Of a DNA stretch of 64,000 nt, positions 13,280 through 26,170 are shown piece after piece. Within the stretch, counting starts at the first letter, position 1; the number at the start of each line of letters is the position of its first letter. This stretch comes from Trichoplax sp. H2 (Eukaryota). The DNA lies in contig NOWV01000207.1 of the NCBI GenBank assembly GCA_003344405.1, positions 62,001-126,000 on the forward strand, written 5' to 3'. The translations under genes were made by a program, and so were the position numbers. The notes below the pieces were generated by a model. The model did not search any database. It was not told where the DNA came from and worked only from the letters and a program-made list of their open reading frames with translations.

Positions 13280-16200
13280 GATGGCAACATAGGCTAAAAA
13301 TAGGTCCTACTTCTGCTACTAAACTGAATAAAGTGAAGGTATGTGCGCAGTTTATATAGTAATGGTTGCAAACCTTTGAACTGTATTTTAGAACCAGTTC
13401 GCTATATTGTATCTTGTTCACACAAGCAAACTACCAGTACTAACGTATTTTCAATCTTTTATATATGTAGTATCCTGGTTCTGCTACATCAGAATTGTCT
13501 AAAATTGGAATATCAACGATTATTTCTCATCTGAATTTATATTCTGGCTGACTCAGAACAATGAAGTATTTACATGCAGCACAATACTTTACGGTATTCA
13601 AAGGAACATCTTTTTAAGTCTAAGACATTAAAAATTAATAGTGGTGCGGTAAAATAAGAAATAATATAATTGATAATTAGTCATGAACACTAAATAATTA
13701 ATTTCAAACTAGGTAAACATGAAACCGATTGGCAATTGGTTAGTATTGACGAATACATAAGAACAATATTCGTATGTAATATAAACTGGCCTGAATGCTT
13801 TTAGTTTCATAACAACGAATCGTTTCTGTTGAAATTCTAGCAAATAAAAAGTAAGAAATTTTTAAATTAAAGTATTACAAATACATTTTGCAATTGCATA
13901 AAATTGATTAAAACAAATCAATTAATTTCCAAACCTATCGTGTAAGGTATTAATAATTAAGCATATTTTCAAACTGAAATATAGATCACTGCAATAGGAA
14001 AAATCCTAAGCTTGATCCATTTATACTGAGAAATATTTATTTAAACAGAAAAAGTAAAGAAATCTCGCATTGAAATAGTAGAAAGTATTAGATTTATTTG
14101 TCACTTTAATAACCAACACTTGATTAACAAATACCCATAAAAGTTGGTTTATTGTATTGATAAAAATAGAGGCTTAGACGATACAAATTGAATAATCTTA
14201 ATTTTTGATATATTTTTAATTCATGGTTTTACCCTCCAGATTATATATCGTATCAAAAGGAAATTATCAATTAGAATATTAAATAATTGTACTAGTGTTT
14301 CTATGGAATCAATATCTTATTGTTCTCTAGCATGCTGGCACGTAGCATGAGGTATTTAAAAATTTTCTCTATCTTTAGTTAATTCACTCCATTTTTACGA
14401 TGTTGTGTAGCTCTTTGCAAACTCATCATAAGGTATTTTAGTCATCATTCGATTAAAAAGATTGCAGAATTAATAATATCTCAGATTCAGTAAACTCATA
14501 ATAGCTAACTGTCATTAGCTGCATAAAGCCATCAATATAACAAAGTGTAAGCTATTAGTTAAATAAATTTTTCTTTTTTTCGTATCTTATTCTCACTCAA
14601 TTAATGCTATATATTTAAATACTACGATTTGCTATTCATTATTTAATGTTGTCCTATAGAATTAAGCTGAACTTAAACTAAGTTTAATAAAATCAATCTA
14701 AAAGCCATATTAACAGTTTAATCATTAGATTTGTTATTAGGCAATTAAAATTAAAATTAAACAACATATCCTATCTACGCCATATAGAGCAAGGTAAATT
14801 TATGATTTAACTATTAAATCTCTTCAGCTGCATGTCAATGGGTAGTGTAAGTAAAATATATTGCGGTAAATCTTACAATTAAACTAATTCTACAGAGAAT
14901 ACGTAATCTGGTAGCTTTGCCACTATAAAGATATTAATCTACAGTATTACTATCAATATTGCATACTATAAATGGTATAATACGATAAGTAGTGTAGGCC
15001 AGTAAATGCAGGAAGTTGATCAATTAATATTGTAGTTATACTGTATATGCCATCACCTGTTCTGTTAAGATGCTGCTGCTCACATACATACGTGTGAACA
15101 CATGATGGTTCCTCTTGAACTGTTTAAATAATATCATCTAATTTCCGTAGATTGAATACGTGTGTCAAATCAGAAGCAAAACGGAAGCAGATAAGATATA
15201 CAAGCGGCCAATTTTCTCGAGTATTTATTGCATATAACATTAGATTTAGCGTTCATAGCACGATTAGGACATTACAGCAGCTTATATTATAAACTCTGCT
15301 TGTATGCCGCTTTCAATATCATATCCAGGGCTGAACAAAAACTCTCAAAAGTTAATCATTGAGCTGAAAAGATACCTATTTATTTATTACAGCAGACATC
15401 ATTAGTAATGGCTGATTAATTCAGTAAAGCGTTTAATTACAAGTAAATCACAGTTAAAAATGTATAGAAATTTTATCCAAAGTATCAATGCACAAATGCA
15501 TATTGTATCTAATTCATTCAGAAGTATAATTGATTATAAAATATTATCCTATTCATAACAAAATTAGAAATCATTAGTCTTATCTCTAATTTATTACATT
15601 TCACATATCATACACTGTAAGTCTACAGCCATAAATGACGATACTACAGTATTCGATTTATATGCAAGGCTAATTAGGAAAGTATACAATCTACTTGTGT
15701 ACGTTTATATCATAGACTACACTTCTAATACCCAACTAAAGACTGGTGAAATTGTAATAATATATAAATATGAATTCTAAATTTTGGAAATTTGGGTAGG
15801 AAATCACAATGATCAGATTTGTATTATGATTACAGTATTAACTGATTGATTCTGCTTTGATAAATTATCATGATGTGACTCACTAATACAATATTTTGGA
15901 ATAATACCTGACTTTACCATCCAGTAATTATGGTCTACTGCTTTAATTTTCATAATTTTCATAAGTACACAATATTTTGCCTTTATATTCGGAACAAAGC
16001 TGCATTAGCTGGCATTTTTAAAATGTCAAAAACGTCTATATTTATTCGATAGTTGCATTAGCGGTTCATAAAATGCAAATGTTCTAAAAATATTTCTTTA
16101 TTAATAATATTGATTTTAAATTTTAGGTGTTATTTTCGTCTCCAGATGATGTCACAACTCACAACAATGTAATATTGTTCAAAGATTCTAAAAACGTGAA

Positions 16201-19200
16201 AATTTTACGTTCTACCGATCGCATTATTTATAACATATCGTAAGGCTAGTTATAGAAGTAGAAAATTTTCATAAAGCTTGGAGGCCATGTTGGGAAGAAG
16301 TTGTATCGGGATTGTTATGTTTTTATGCAATTAGTTCTTCTCCGTGAGTAAGATTTGTAACTGACTTTATTATTAAAATTTCTGAGTATTTATAGATATT
16401 CCAGCTTACACCTTTTGCCTTTTGCGTCGTTGCCTTTTACACATACATCTAATTACTAACTATTATAGCTACCGTTTACTTTACAACATATGCATATCTA
16501 TAATAAATTATCAGTCCGCCTTGTACAATATAATCATGTACGGTAATACAAGCCTACATACAGGTCATCAGATTATTAGTGCTTATATAGATGATATTCT
16601 AATCATATACTTAACAATCTATGTAATAGCTTACGTAACATATATGGTAATTTCTAACACTATGTAGTAAAGGACTAAAATAGAGTCCTTTATAGCTTTT
16701 AGTATGTAACTAGTATTATTTTACTATAGAAAATACCTATGAAGTGATAGTGTCTTTAAGTTTTACCCTGCCAAATCATCATGTCGCCATCTTTTCTTCT
16801 TCATTATTTTACAAGGTATTATAGAGATTACTATAGAAATAGCCCTAGAGCAATTGCCTAATCTAAAGAATGGGCGTTTGATAGTCTATTCAAATTATAA
16901 ACGAATTTGACTTGGTAACAAAACCCTATCCATAGAGAAAGGGGATTTATAACGTGACAGTAAAGTACTGTAATGTAGTCTATAATCGTAGAATTACCGT
17001 ACTACTTGAAGCTAAAATGTCAACTGTCAATACTAAGCGATACTAATGTCAGAAAAGTAGTCGTAATAGTCATATAAAATTTCATGATAAGCGATTACTG
17101 TGATCTTTATAAAATCCGGAATTTTTGGATTCGGATTCCAGAACCGGTCGAATTTATCTGTTATAATTTATCTATTTTAATTTATCTGTTATAATTTTTC
17201 TGTTTTAATTTTTGGATTTTAGTTTATGGAAAATATCGTAAGAGTTGATTTTTGAAATTTGAACTTTTTGTTATGAATTTCAAACTTTGGAATTTTATTA
17301 CGTGACATTAGGAAAGTTTAGTTGGGAAAATAGAAAATAAGATGGAAATTGGCAGAGGTTGTGTTCATTGTTAAGCAGTTGGACTTATTTTTATGACTAA
17401 ATCTTGATATTTAAAGGTTAATTTTTAGACTTTTATAATGTATTAACGATAGAAATTATGTTAGAAGTGAAGTTTGATGTATTTTATAGTTAACTTGTTG
17501 GTTTTATAGTGTTTTGTAAAGGAATCATAGGGCAAATTGTGTTTGAATTTTGAATGATTTTTGTTTTCTTAAATGGAGCAATGCAGTTTTGTAAAATGGA
17601 TCTTAAGAGCGATTGGTTAATAAATGTTTAGTTTTAAATACTTCTGACGGCTCCATGAAGCCTATAAATGATAGTGTAATTACAAAATTTTAGAGGGAGA
17701 GTAGAAGAAGAATTTATTTGAAGAACTTGTAGAATTTAAAAGGCCTTCGGGGTCGAATTGTCGTAAGTTAAAACGTTCTTCTTTTTGAAAAGTTGTTTGG
17801 TTGTTGACAGTTTTTAAGTCTGTCACTTATTTTATTAATACTTAAAGCTAAGTATTTTTAAGGTTGTTCGGTTTATACTTATCTCTATTCTTTTTTTGTA
17901 ATAAATTGTTGTTCGATAGTTTCCCTAAATTTTATTTGGTGTCAAAGTTTCGTTAAGTCGACCGGAGTGCAACGAAAGTAGAATCAAAGTTTGTTAAAGT
18001 TTTGTAGCTTGATCTCTACACTTTTCATTTCATTACAACTATTTACAACAGGGATCAGATTCTGTATCTTTAACTAAATACAGATATTTGACTCCATTGC
18101 AGATATTTTCGCCTGATCTCTATTTTAAGCTCAGCAACAATCTCTAGCAACTTTCTTTTACAGTCATATACGCCGCTTCCTGATATCAGCGGTTGGCTCG
18201 TATAATTAATTGATTAGATATGCAGCTTTTTTAAAATTAACTTAATGATAGAGGATTTTAAATGCTGAAGTTTATTCCAACTTTACGCATTAAAAGGAAA
18301 CACTTACAATCGTGAAAGAACTTTAAAACTTAATTTATATTGCAATAGTAGCTACTTTTCCAAAAAAACTACCGAGAATTTTTTACAGGATCATTTATTT
18401 ACACAATTGCAAAAAGACCCATTTATCGATAGGAACTTTGAATATTGAGTTAGAATTTTAATCGCAATACAAATAAAATCTGTCACTGTTTTAGATCTGT
18501 TTGACGAATTTTCAGAAAGTTGCCATTATGCTCTGATAGACTACATTTTTTTACTATAGTTCTAAAATAGGAATTCGTACGATAACGACTGAATTTTATT
18601 TGAAAAAGAAATAAAGTTAATATTACGATCAGCTATTTAGGAGAAAGTGTTGTGAAGGCACGAAAATTAAGAAAAGATTGTGTCATACAGTAGGGATATT
18701 ATACTATATGCAATTACGTATTAGATTCATAAGCTGAATAATACGAAAGGCTACATAATATGTGATATCAAAATTAAATTCATACTCGAAATAAAGAGAT
18801 CTAGTCACTATAAAGGGGTATAATTTAGTCAAGTTGATCGAGATGCTAGTAAGGCCTGGCCCAAAAAAATTGCAATAGAAAGGATATAAAAATTGGAAAA
18901 AAGAGAAAAACTTTCTCTGTATGATCGAATTACGGGACAGAAATACACATGGAGAATATTGTTCACTGTTTATAATTATAATCAATTCATCATGACTACA
19001 AAATAAAAGTAAGCGGAATATATGCAAAATTTCAATACAAATCGTAAGAACCTTTTATCTAATTATACTACGAATACAGCTCTACATTCCATATCGAGGC
19101 TATTTGTTTGTTGAAATATAGTCGTACAGTACAAACTGTGGCCAGTAAATGACATGACAAGATCGAATCTCTATAGAAGAGGAAAATTTACCAATACCGT

Positions 19201-20660
19201 TAGAATTTTATGCTACCATTTATCGGTACCAGACAGCGCTATCAAGATGCTAAGCGACTTAATCTCTTGCATTACTTGGTTACTGAAAATGTTACACAAG
19301 TTACATAATATGTTAAAGTAGCTATAAAATTGCTCTTCAAAAAATTGGAAATTGTCCATAGCAACATTAATACAAAAAGATTTATTATAATTTCAAATAT
19401 GATAATACTTTCATTGTAAATTAGCTGACTATACGCGTTCATGATGAACGGGAGAAACTACTCCTTTCTGACATATAATTAGTAAATCGACCTCATGTGA
19501 ACACCGCTGCCCTGTAAATTAACGAAGACATTAATTCGAAATAAACGGTTAGTATATCTAGCAAATTACTCATTTAGAAAATTACGGAGATACCCTTGTG
19601 TCATGTAACCTAGTATTTATCTTAAGAGGTATTTCGGAGCTTATAGCCATATACTGTAGCAGAAGATTCTATTCTAGGGTGGAGACAACGATATACAGGA
19701 CAGTAGGATGTCAAGTTACGGTTACAGTCACGGTCAGACGTAAAACTAGAGCCATAATTCATATATTAGGATATAGTTAGTTCATTGTACCAGGGACTAC
19801 TAGAGTTGTCCATGATCGTACAGTACTCCAACTAGTAGAAATATCGTCTGCGTAAAATACTGTAGTCATTTCCATATTGGATTAATGATGGTCCATTATA
19901 AAATGTTGTTACTACTAATAATAATAATCTGAATATGTGTAAAGTATGGTTGAATGTTACCATGCTGATTCTAGCTGCTAATACTACAAAAATTACATAA
20001 ACTGGCAACTTAGATTATTCTAGCATTTCTTTCTGCAAATCTATGATAGTCGTATTCGGCTAGAGTAGGGCTGTGCGATGTGCATATATTATTTTTGTAA
20101 AAGATCTTTAATAAAGTTCGAATCTCCTATAAATTTTAGAATTTGGATAAGATCGGTTATATCACACCTTGTATAACTTCAAATTTAATGTCCTACTAAT
20201 GCAGATTGTACATCGTCCTACGGCTATATCTTACATGAACGAATCCTTCATTTCGATGTCATTACTATTAATAGAGCATGAAAATTGCAGCTCTACTTGG
20301 TCACTATTTATTAATTATTAGTACATCTATAGTTACATAATTCAATCAACGAAATATTCTTAGCAAAAGATTTCAAGAAGAATATCCGCTAAAGAATATC
20401 ACATAAATGCAGATCTAATGTAGCATAACACCATACAAAATAATTTTTTTTATTATTTCATAAACGTTTTCTATTTTTCAGTTGCAATAGTTTAATTCTA
20501 AATGCATGATTATATTTGCAACCGCAGTGTAAAGCTAATCTTTTATATTAGATAATGTACTACCGATTATTCTGATGCCAAAAGTACTTTTCGTTGAACG
20601 ATGTAATTCATAATATGAACACAACTTTCTTCAATATATAATTGCACTGAAACTATCATC

Positions 20661-21190
20661 AGTAAACGTAATATTTCTGTATATCCTTACAGCTGTGTGT
20701 GGAAACTTCAAAGTGGATTAATCTATTCTTGATTACATTTTGTTGACATTGTATATTTTGCATGTAACCCATTTATAGCTAAAAGACTAGAAAGAGAGAT
20801 ATTATTCGATCAGCATTCAACGACTAACAAATATCACAATAACGTTTCATACTAAAATAGAAATTATCTTATTCATTACCACTCATAAAGCAATTATTTT
20901 GAACTGCATATTATGTTCTATATGCGCATATAATCTCTATGCAACTATTACTAGTAAACGTAATTTTTCTGTATGAACGTAGCATTAAGTACAGGAATCT
21001 AGAAGTACATTAATCTATTCTTAATCACAATATCTTGACAAGGTATTTTTGCATAGCACATATCAGCTGCCATCATTCGATTGCAGTTAAAAGACCAGAA
21101 AGCGAGACATAAGTTTAGCACCCTACAGTTAGCATAAATATCCAAATATAGTTCCATACGAAAATAGAAATCTTATTTGCTGTCACTCAT
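20661..21190. repeat. Diverged tandem duplication, about 290 bp x2
   Basis: agtaaacgtaat.tttctgtat at 20661 and 20953. attaatctattctt, aaaagac.agaaag.gaga and catac.aaaatagaaat are also repeated. Confidence 0.65.
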
Positions 21191-22925
21191 AGAGTGCTAA
21201 TTTATCTTAAAGGGTAGAATTTATTACACCTGCATTGTAATAAGGAATAAGATAAATTCTATGAGTTAATAAAGTTTCAGGTTTGGCAACACTTGATATG
21301 TTAGTGCGAGATCATTAGAGAGAAAATAAATGCGGTATAATAAGTCATCTGATTGATTTCCATACAAGATATTTGTAGTGTATTTAGAATATCCTGTAAC
21401 TATAGTCTACTCTTAAATATAGACATGTTGTATTGCTCTTATATTTAGACATATCTACAGTCCGCTTACTTCACATTCATATATAGGCTACTGTATTTAG
21501 TTATTATAGCACTCGCTGTTTCCTACGATCATCAGTTATGTTGTAACCTGTTATAGTATATGTTGTATCTAATTCTACAATCCTATTCTCTGCATATGCT
21601 CTATCTTTAAACTATAAATACCGCCGTTTTCCACTTCAGAAATTGTTCTTTTCTTGGTTAGTCTTCACACGTTACTCACGACAGCTTGCACGCTGGTCTA
21701 CCGTAACTACCTCACTGTACTTACTTTACTACTTAAAATAAAGTATAACTTTTATACAACTTTTGGTGTACTAATTGTAAATGGCAACTAAATCTCAATC
21801 CTCCGATATATCGAACCCTCCATCACTATATTAAAAGTCTTTTCATACGTGGCAATAGTTGACATACAGTATGAGTTAAAGGAGAGTTCTCGTATTAATT
21901 TCAGTATATATTATCGTACTTCTGTTTAGAAATTGCTCAAGATTGCAACATCAGAAGGCATAGCTTATCTATAGTTTTTATTATCTCCTGGTATGCCGAT
22001 AAAACAGATCCAAATGAGTTCATAATAAATAACTTTTGTAAAAATGTCCGTCCATCAGATAATTGTTAATTTGGTCCAAATACAGGTAGTACAAATATTC
22101 ATACACACAGGAGAATAGCGAGATGCGAACAATAACTTTATGAAATTAGTTTCACAAAGGGCTAACAGTGGCGGGCTCTTAGTTTAGTTTCCAAATGCTG
22201 GCTGTGTTATTTCATATTCTAAAAAACAAATTCTGGAACGCAATAAGGTTTCTTCGTATTTTCAAATTGGCATCACTATGTGTCACACACCACTAGTGAC
22301 AAAGTAGTCTACACACGCCAATCCTTGCGTAGAATGCCACTTACTAACTTAAAGAGGCGAGATTAGCTATATCACCAAATAATTCAGTTCCAACAACCGA
22401 ATACTATGGTATAATTATAGCGTCACAGATGATGTAGACGAGATAGTCAGAGATTTACTATCATTTATTACTGAAGGAATCTTGGCACCCAAGATTATAG
22501 TCTTTACAATTAAATATCAATTGAAAAACTAGTTGACTATCTAACCGACTAACGAACTAAAAAGGAATCTTCATTACACAAATTATATGAAGAAATGACA
22601 ATTAATAAAACGTCAATCCACACAAGCAATATTTAATATTGCTCAATAATTAGGACGAGCTTACGCATCGTAACACTATGATACAATGCTTCGTAATGTA
22701 GAATGATAAATAGGAAATGCTGATATTGAATAACAGAGAAAAGGCGATAGAGTATCAGACAGCAAAAGAAACAAGAAATTAATACGTAAACAAAATACAT
22801 GGGCGAGTATGTCCATTCTCGTCATAGTTTTCCGTTCTTATAAACTATTAACGTAAGTAAATTCATACTAACAATCTTCTTTAATCTACTATACAGGAAA
22901 GTTTTTAAGAGTTTGTTACAACAAA

Positions 22926-23870
22926 TTACTTATGTACCTTTCGTTTCCTAAGGCTAACACAGTAGATATGGGACAAAATTTGTTTTCCTTCTGGTACAAA
23001 GCAAGCATAGATCCAAGAATTTATCACACTCTTGCTAATTGAAATTAATTGCAAAATAAGTTGAATCAATTTTTCGCTATTACTAATAAAGTTGTTAGAA
23101 TGATGAGAATAATATATCCAATAGTAAATAAATTCCGGTGTTGACAGTAACAAAAATATCACTCCTAAAATTAAAAATAATCGAATCATTTCTTTTTGCT
23201 GGCGGACATGAAGTTGATTGGCTGTATCATTAATGTCTCTTGATTGTTGAGATAACTTGTACAAGACTCGAGAGTACAACCCTATTATTATTGCCGTAGG
23301 AAATGCATATACCGCAGCGTAAATGGTCGAGTAGTAAATTAGCCAAGACTTTGGTATTGTTAAATCATTACTAGAACTAGGGGGAGAAATATAGCATAAA
23401 GATTTGCCATAAGAAGACGACAAGTATTTTGTAAATATAATTGAAGGAGAAGAAAGACCAATAGCGATCAAAAAGATAGTTGTTGACAAGAATAGTTTTC
23501 GACTGGTAGATGGATTAGGGTTTGGTTCTCTTAAAATAACGCAATAGTTACTAATCGCTATAAAAACCATGGTGACACCAAAACCTGCATTAAATAGTAT
23601 TGGAAAGCTATTGCAAATGTAGCACCAAAAAGATCCGAAAGGCCAAAAAATGAACATTTTAATTAATTGAATAGGCCAATAAAGTGTTAATACGAAGATA
23701 TCATATAATATTAAATTCGCAATGAAAGAGTACACCAGAGCCTTCGTGTTTTTACTCCTGTTTTTGATAATTGTCACTAAAATAACAATATTATTGATCA
23801 ATCCCAAAACGAGAATGATTGCTGACGGTATAAACGCTACTAGTTGCATGGTTGCCGCTGAGACTCCCAT
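22926..23870 (-). CDS. Intronless class A GPCR, paralog 5 (SNY and NSWIY; degenerate motifs)
   Basis: Seven TM segments with LILYD, WPFGSFWC and an ECL2 Cys. Clearly paralogous to its neighbours through the MQLVAFIPSAIIL motif. Confidence 0.9.
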   Translation of the reverse strand: MGVSAATMQLVAFIPSAIILVLGLINNIVILVTIIKNRSKNTKALVYSFIANLILYDIFVLTLYWPIQLIKMFIFWPFGSFWCYICNSFPILFNAGFGVTMVFIAISNYCVILREPNPNPSTSRKLFLSTTIFLIAIGLSSPSIIFTKYLSSSYGKSLCYISPPSSSNDLTIPKSWLIYYSTIYAAVYAFPTAIIIGLYSRVLYKLSQQSRDINDTANQLHVRQQKEMIRLFLILGVIFLLLSTPEFIYYWIYYSHHSNNFISNSEKLIQLILQLISISKSVINSWIYACFVPEGKQILSHIYCVSLRKRKVHK

Positions 23871-24626
23871 GATGTACAGTAGACGTCTTCAATAGCTTCT
23901 AGAGATATGCAATTGCCAAAATCAAGTAATTTCAGGGATTGATAAATTGATAAAACGTTGATTCACATTAAACACCGTAACAACCGATTGGTATGGTCAT
24001 TGATGACCACCAGAACGAAGTCAATGATGGCTTAGCGTTAACAGCAAAGATTTCAAAAAGTGTTGTACGGATAACACTACTGGATGTTGGTGTTATCGTT
24101 AGAATAATTTCGTTTATGGCGGTCTAGGATATCGTATAAACTGTCTAAATTCGGTCAATACATATTTAAAATGATGCTTATTATAAAGTGATGCGCCAAT
24201 AGCACTCCGAGAGTTCCATTTACAGAATACAATCATCGATTATCTTATACTGCCAACTACGATAGTAGACTAGATAATAATTTAAAGACGACAAACGGGC
24301 ATTGAATGTCATGGAAACCGCCAAGGAATGAATAGATTAGCATACTTTCGATGAAAATAACCGACGTGCTGATTAATAGACAATTGTCGATGTTGGCATT
24401 AAATTTGCAAGTTATTTATGTCGTGGCGGTTGCAAAACAATAGATGCCAATTAACTATAGATTATTATTGACTGTTGTAATTCATAAATTTTCATGAGCT
24501 GCAAAGAAAGTGATGAATAGTTACGTTGTGTTGGAGTATATCAACAGCGATTGCAATGAATCGAAAATCATTGGTAATTTATTTTGATCGTTCATATTAT
24601 TCGATGACAATCACTATCTAGTAAGT

Positions 24627-25166
24627 TAAGCTAAGGTATGCTGTAGCATTCTCTCTACACCAACACCAAATAACTTTATACAATTACCTATTTAGAAAGA
24701 TAATTAATTAGTCAGTTTGAACAGGAAAAATGTTGCACAGTAGAGTGTTAACGACTTACACTAATTCTTTGTGTAGTATAGACGTATTCACGCTTAAGAA
24801 TTTTCACCCTGTTTGAATATTTTTCACAGCATCTATTTATTCTGCACCCTTAAGCTAAGGTATGCCGTATCATTCTATCTACCTCAACATCAAATAACTT
24901 TATACAATTACCTATTTAGAAAGATAACTAGTGAGTCTGCACTGGAAAAAAATGTTGCACAGTAGAGTGTTAACCACTTACACTAATTCTTTATGTATTA
25001 TACTTATAGACGTATTCACGCTCGAGAATTTTCACCCTGTTTGATTATTTTTCACAGCATCTATTTATTTTATACCCTTAAACTAAAGATATGCCGTATC
25101 ATTCTCTCTACACCAGCATCAAATAACTCTACATAATTACCTATTTATAATTAGTCAGTCTGCACA
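24627..25166. repeat. Tandem repeat, about 225-230 bp x ~2.4
   Basis: taagctaaggtatgc.gta.cattct.tctac...aaataact.ta.a.aattacctattta starts at about 24627, 24851 and 25079. Confidence 0.85.
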
Positions 25167-25969
25167 GTCGAATCTGTTTCGATCTACTTTACCTTTTAAA
25201 ATTATAATTGAATAGGATAAAATTTGCAAACGATAAATATCTGTCAATAAGTGTCACAGAGTCACTTTACTAATGAATACTTATCTAACTTTTGTTCGAT
25301 GATATACGTCGGTATTTTTTGAATATACTGTTATTTAGGATCATTATCTATAAGCTTACGCATTCTTTTATAAATGAATGCTCAATTTTAGAATACAATC
25401 TATCAGCTGATCATTAATTTTTTATATACATTTACTTTGAATTGATTGATTTTTGAATATAGTTTAGGATCAGCTTTGTGTAAAAGAGTCTCGTGATGTT
25501 ACCGTTTGTCCTGATGACATGATAGGAGATATAATTGTACTGAGATAAGTATCGGAAAGGATAAACCTGACATTAGGTTCGTAGCGTTGCATTTTCTGTA
25601 GTAGTTTTAATTTTTTGTCGTTACAAATTTAAGTAAGTAATAATGAGTATGAAATATATGTAATAATCTTCATTTTAGAAATAAAATGGAAAGCACCTAC
25701 CTACAATCTAGGCTAATTACTTTATAGAATTAATTATGATAGCAGCAAATGAACAAATTATGTTTATACCTTAAATGACAACATGTTAGTGATATACCGA
25801 TGACATCATTTTGTGGTTGATGGCAGTAAATATCCATCTAATGCAATAATGACTTGTACAAAATAGGTTAATGTATACTGCCCTAAGCATAGAGATGCAC
25901 AAGCCGCACGAACATATTTTTACATCCGTTACTATATGATGTTTCGTAGGGTGCTGTTCTTTTTTCCAT

Positions 25970-26170
25970 ATAATTTCAACACAGTTCAGTTTTTCAGAAT
26001 ATACATGTTATTAATGATAGAACCACCACATTTATGATGGTATCCATTATCATGATAATTCCTCTGCAAAGAAATGTGATAGGGATGAGCTCCACGGTGA
26101 TTGTTATGTCCACCAACAATTTTTTTATATGGATGTCTTATTCTTTTCTGAGCAGATATTCTAGCAGGAA
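25970..26170 (-). pseudogene. Trypsin-like (S1A) serine protease relic exon
   Basis: After an AG acceptor at 26172-26171 it reads KKIVGGHNNHRGAHPYHISLQ..HKCGGSIINNMYIL. The TAAHC motif is then broken by an apparent 1-nt deletion (in-frame TGA; the shifted frame gives N-C-V). I found no GDSGGP exon. Confidence 0.7.

Noticed and set aside
14990..24600. Coding-like patches at about 15.0-15.3, 22.0-22.5 and 24.0-24.6 kb as GPCR pseudogenes
   Set aside because: The frames I translated contained stops and no GPCR or other family motifs.
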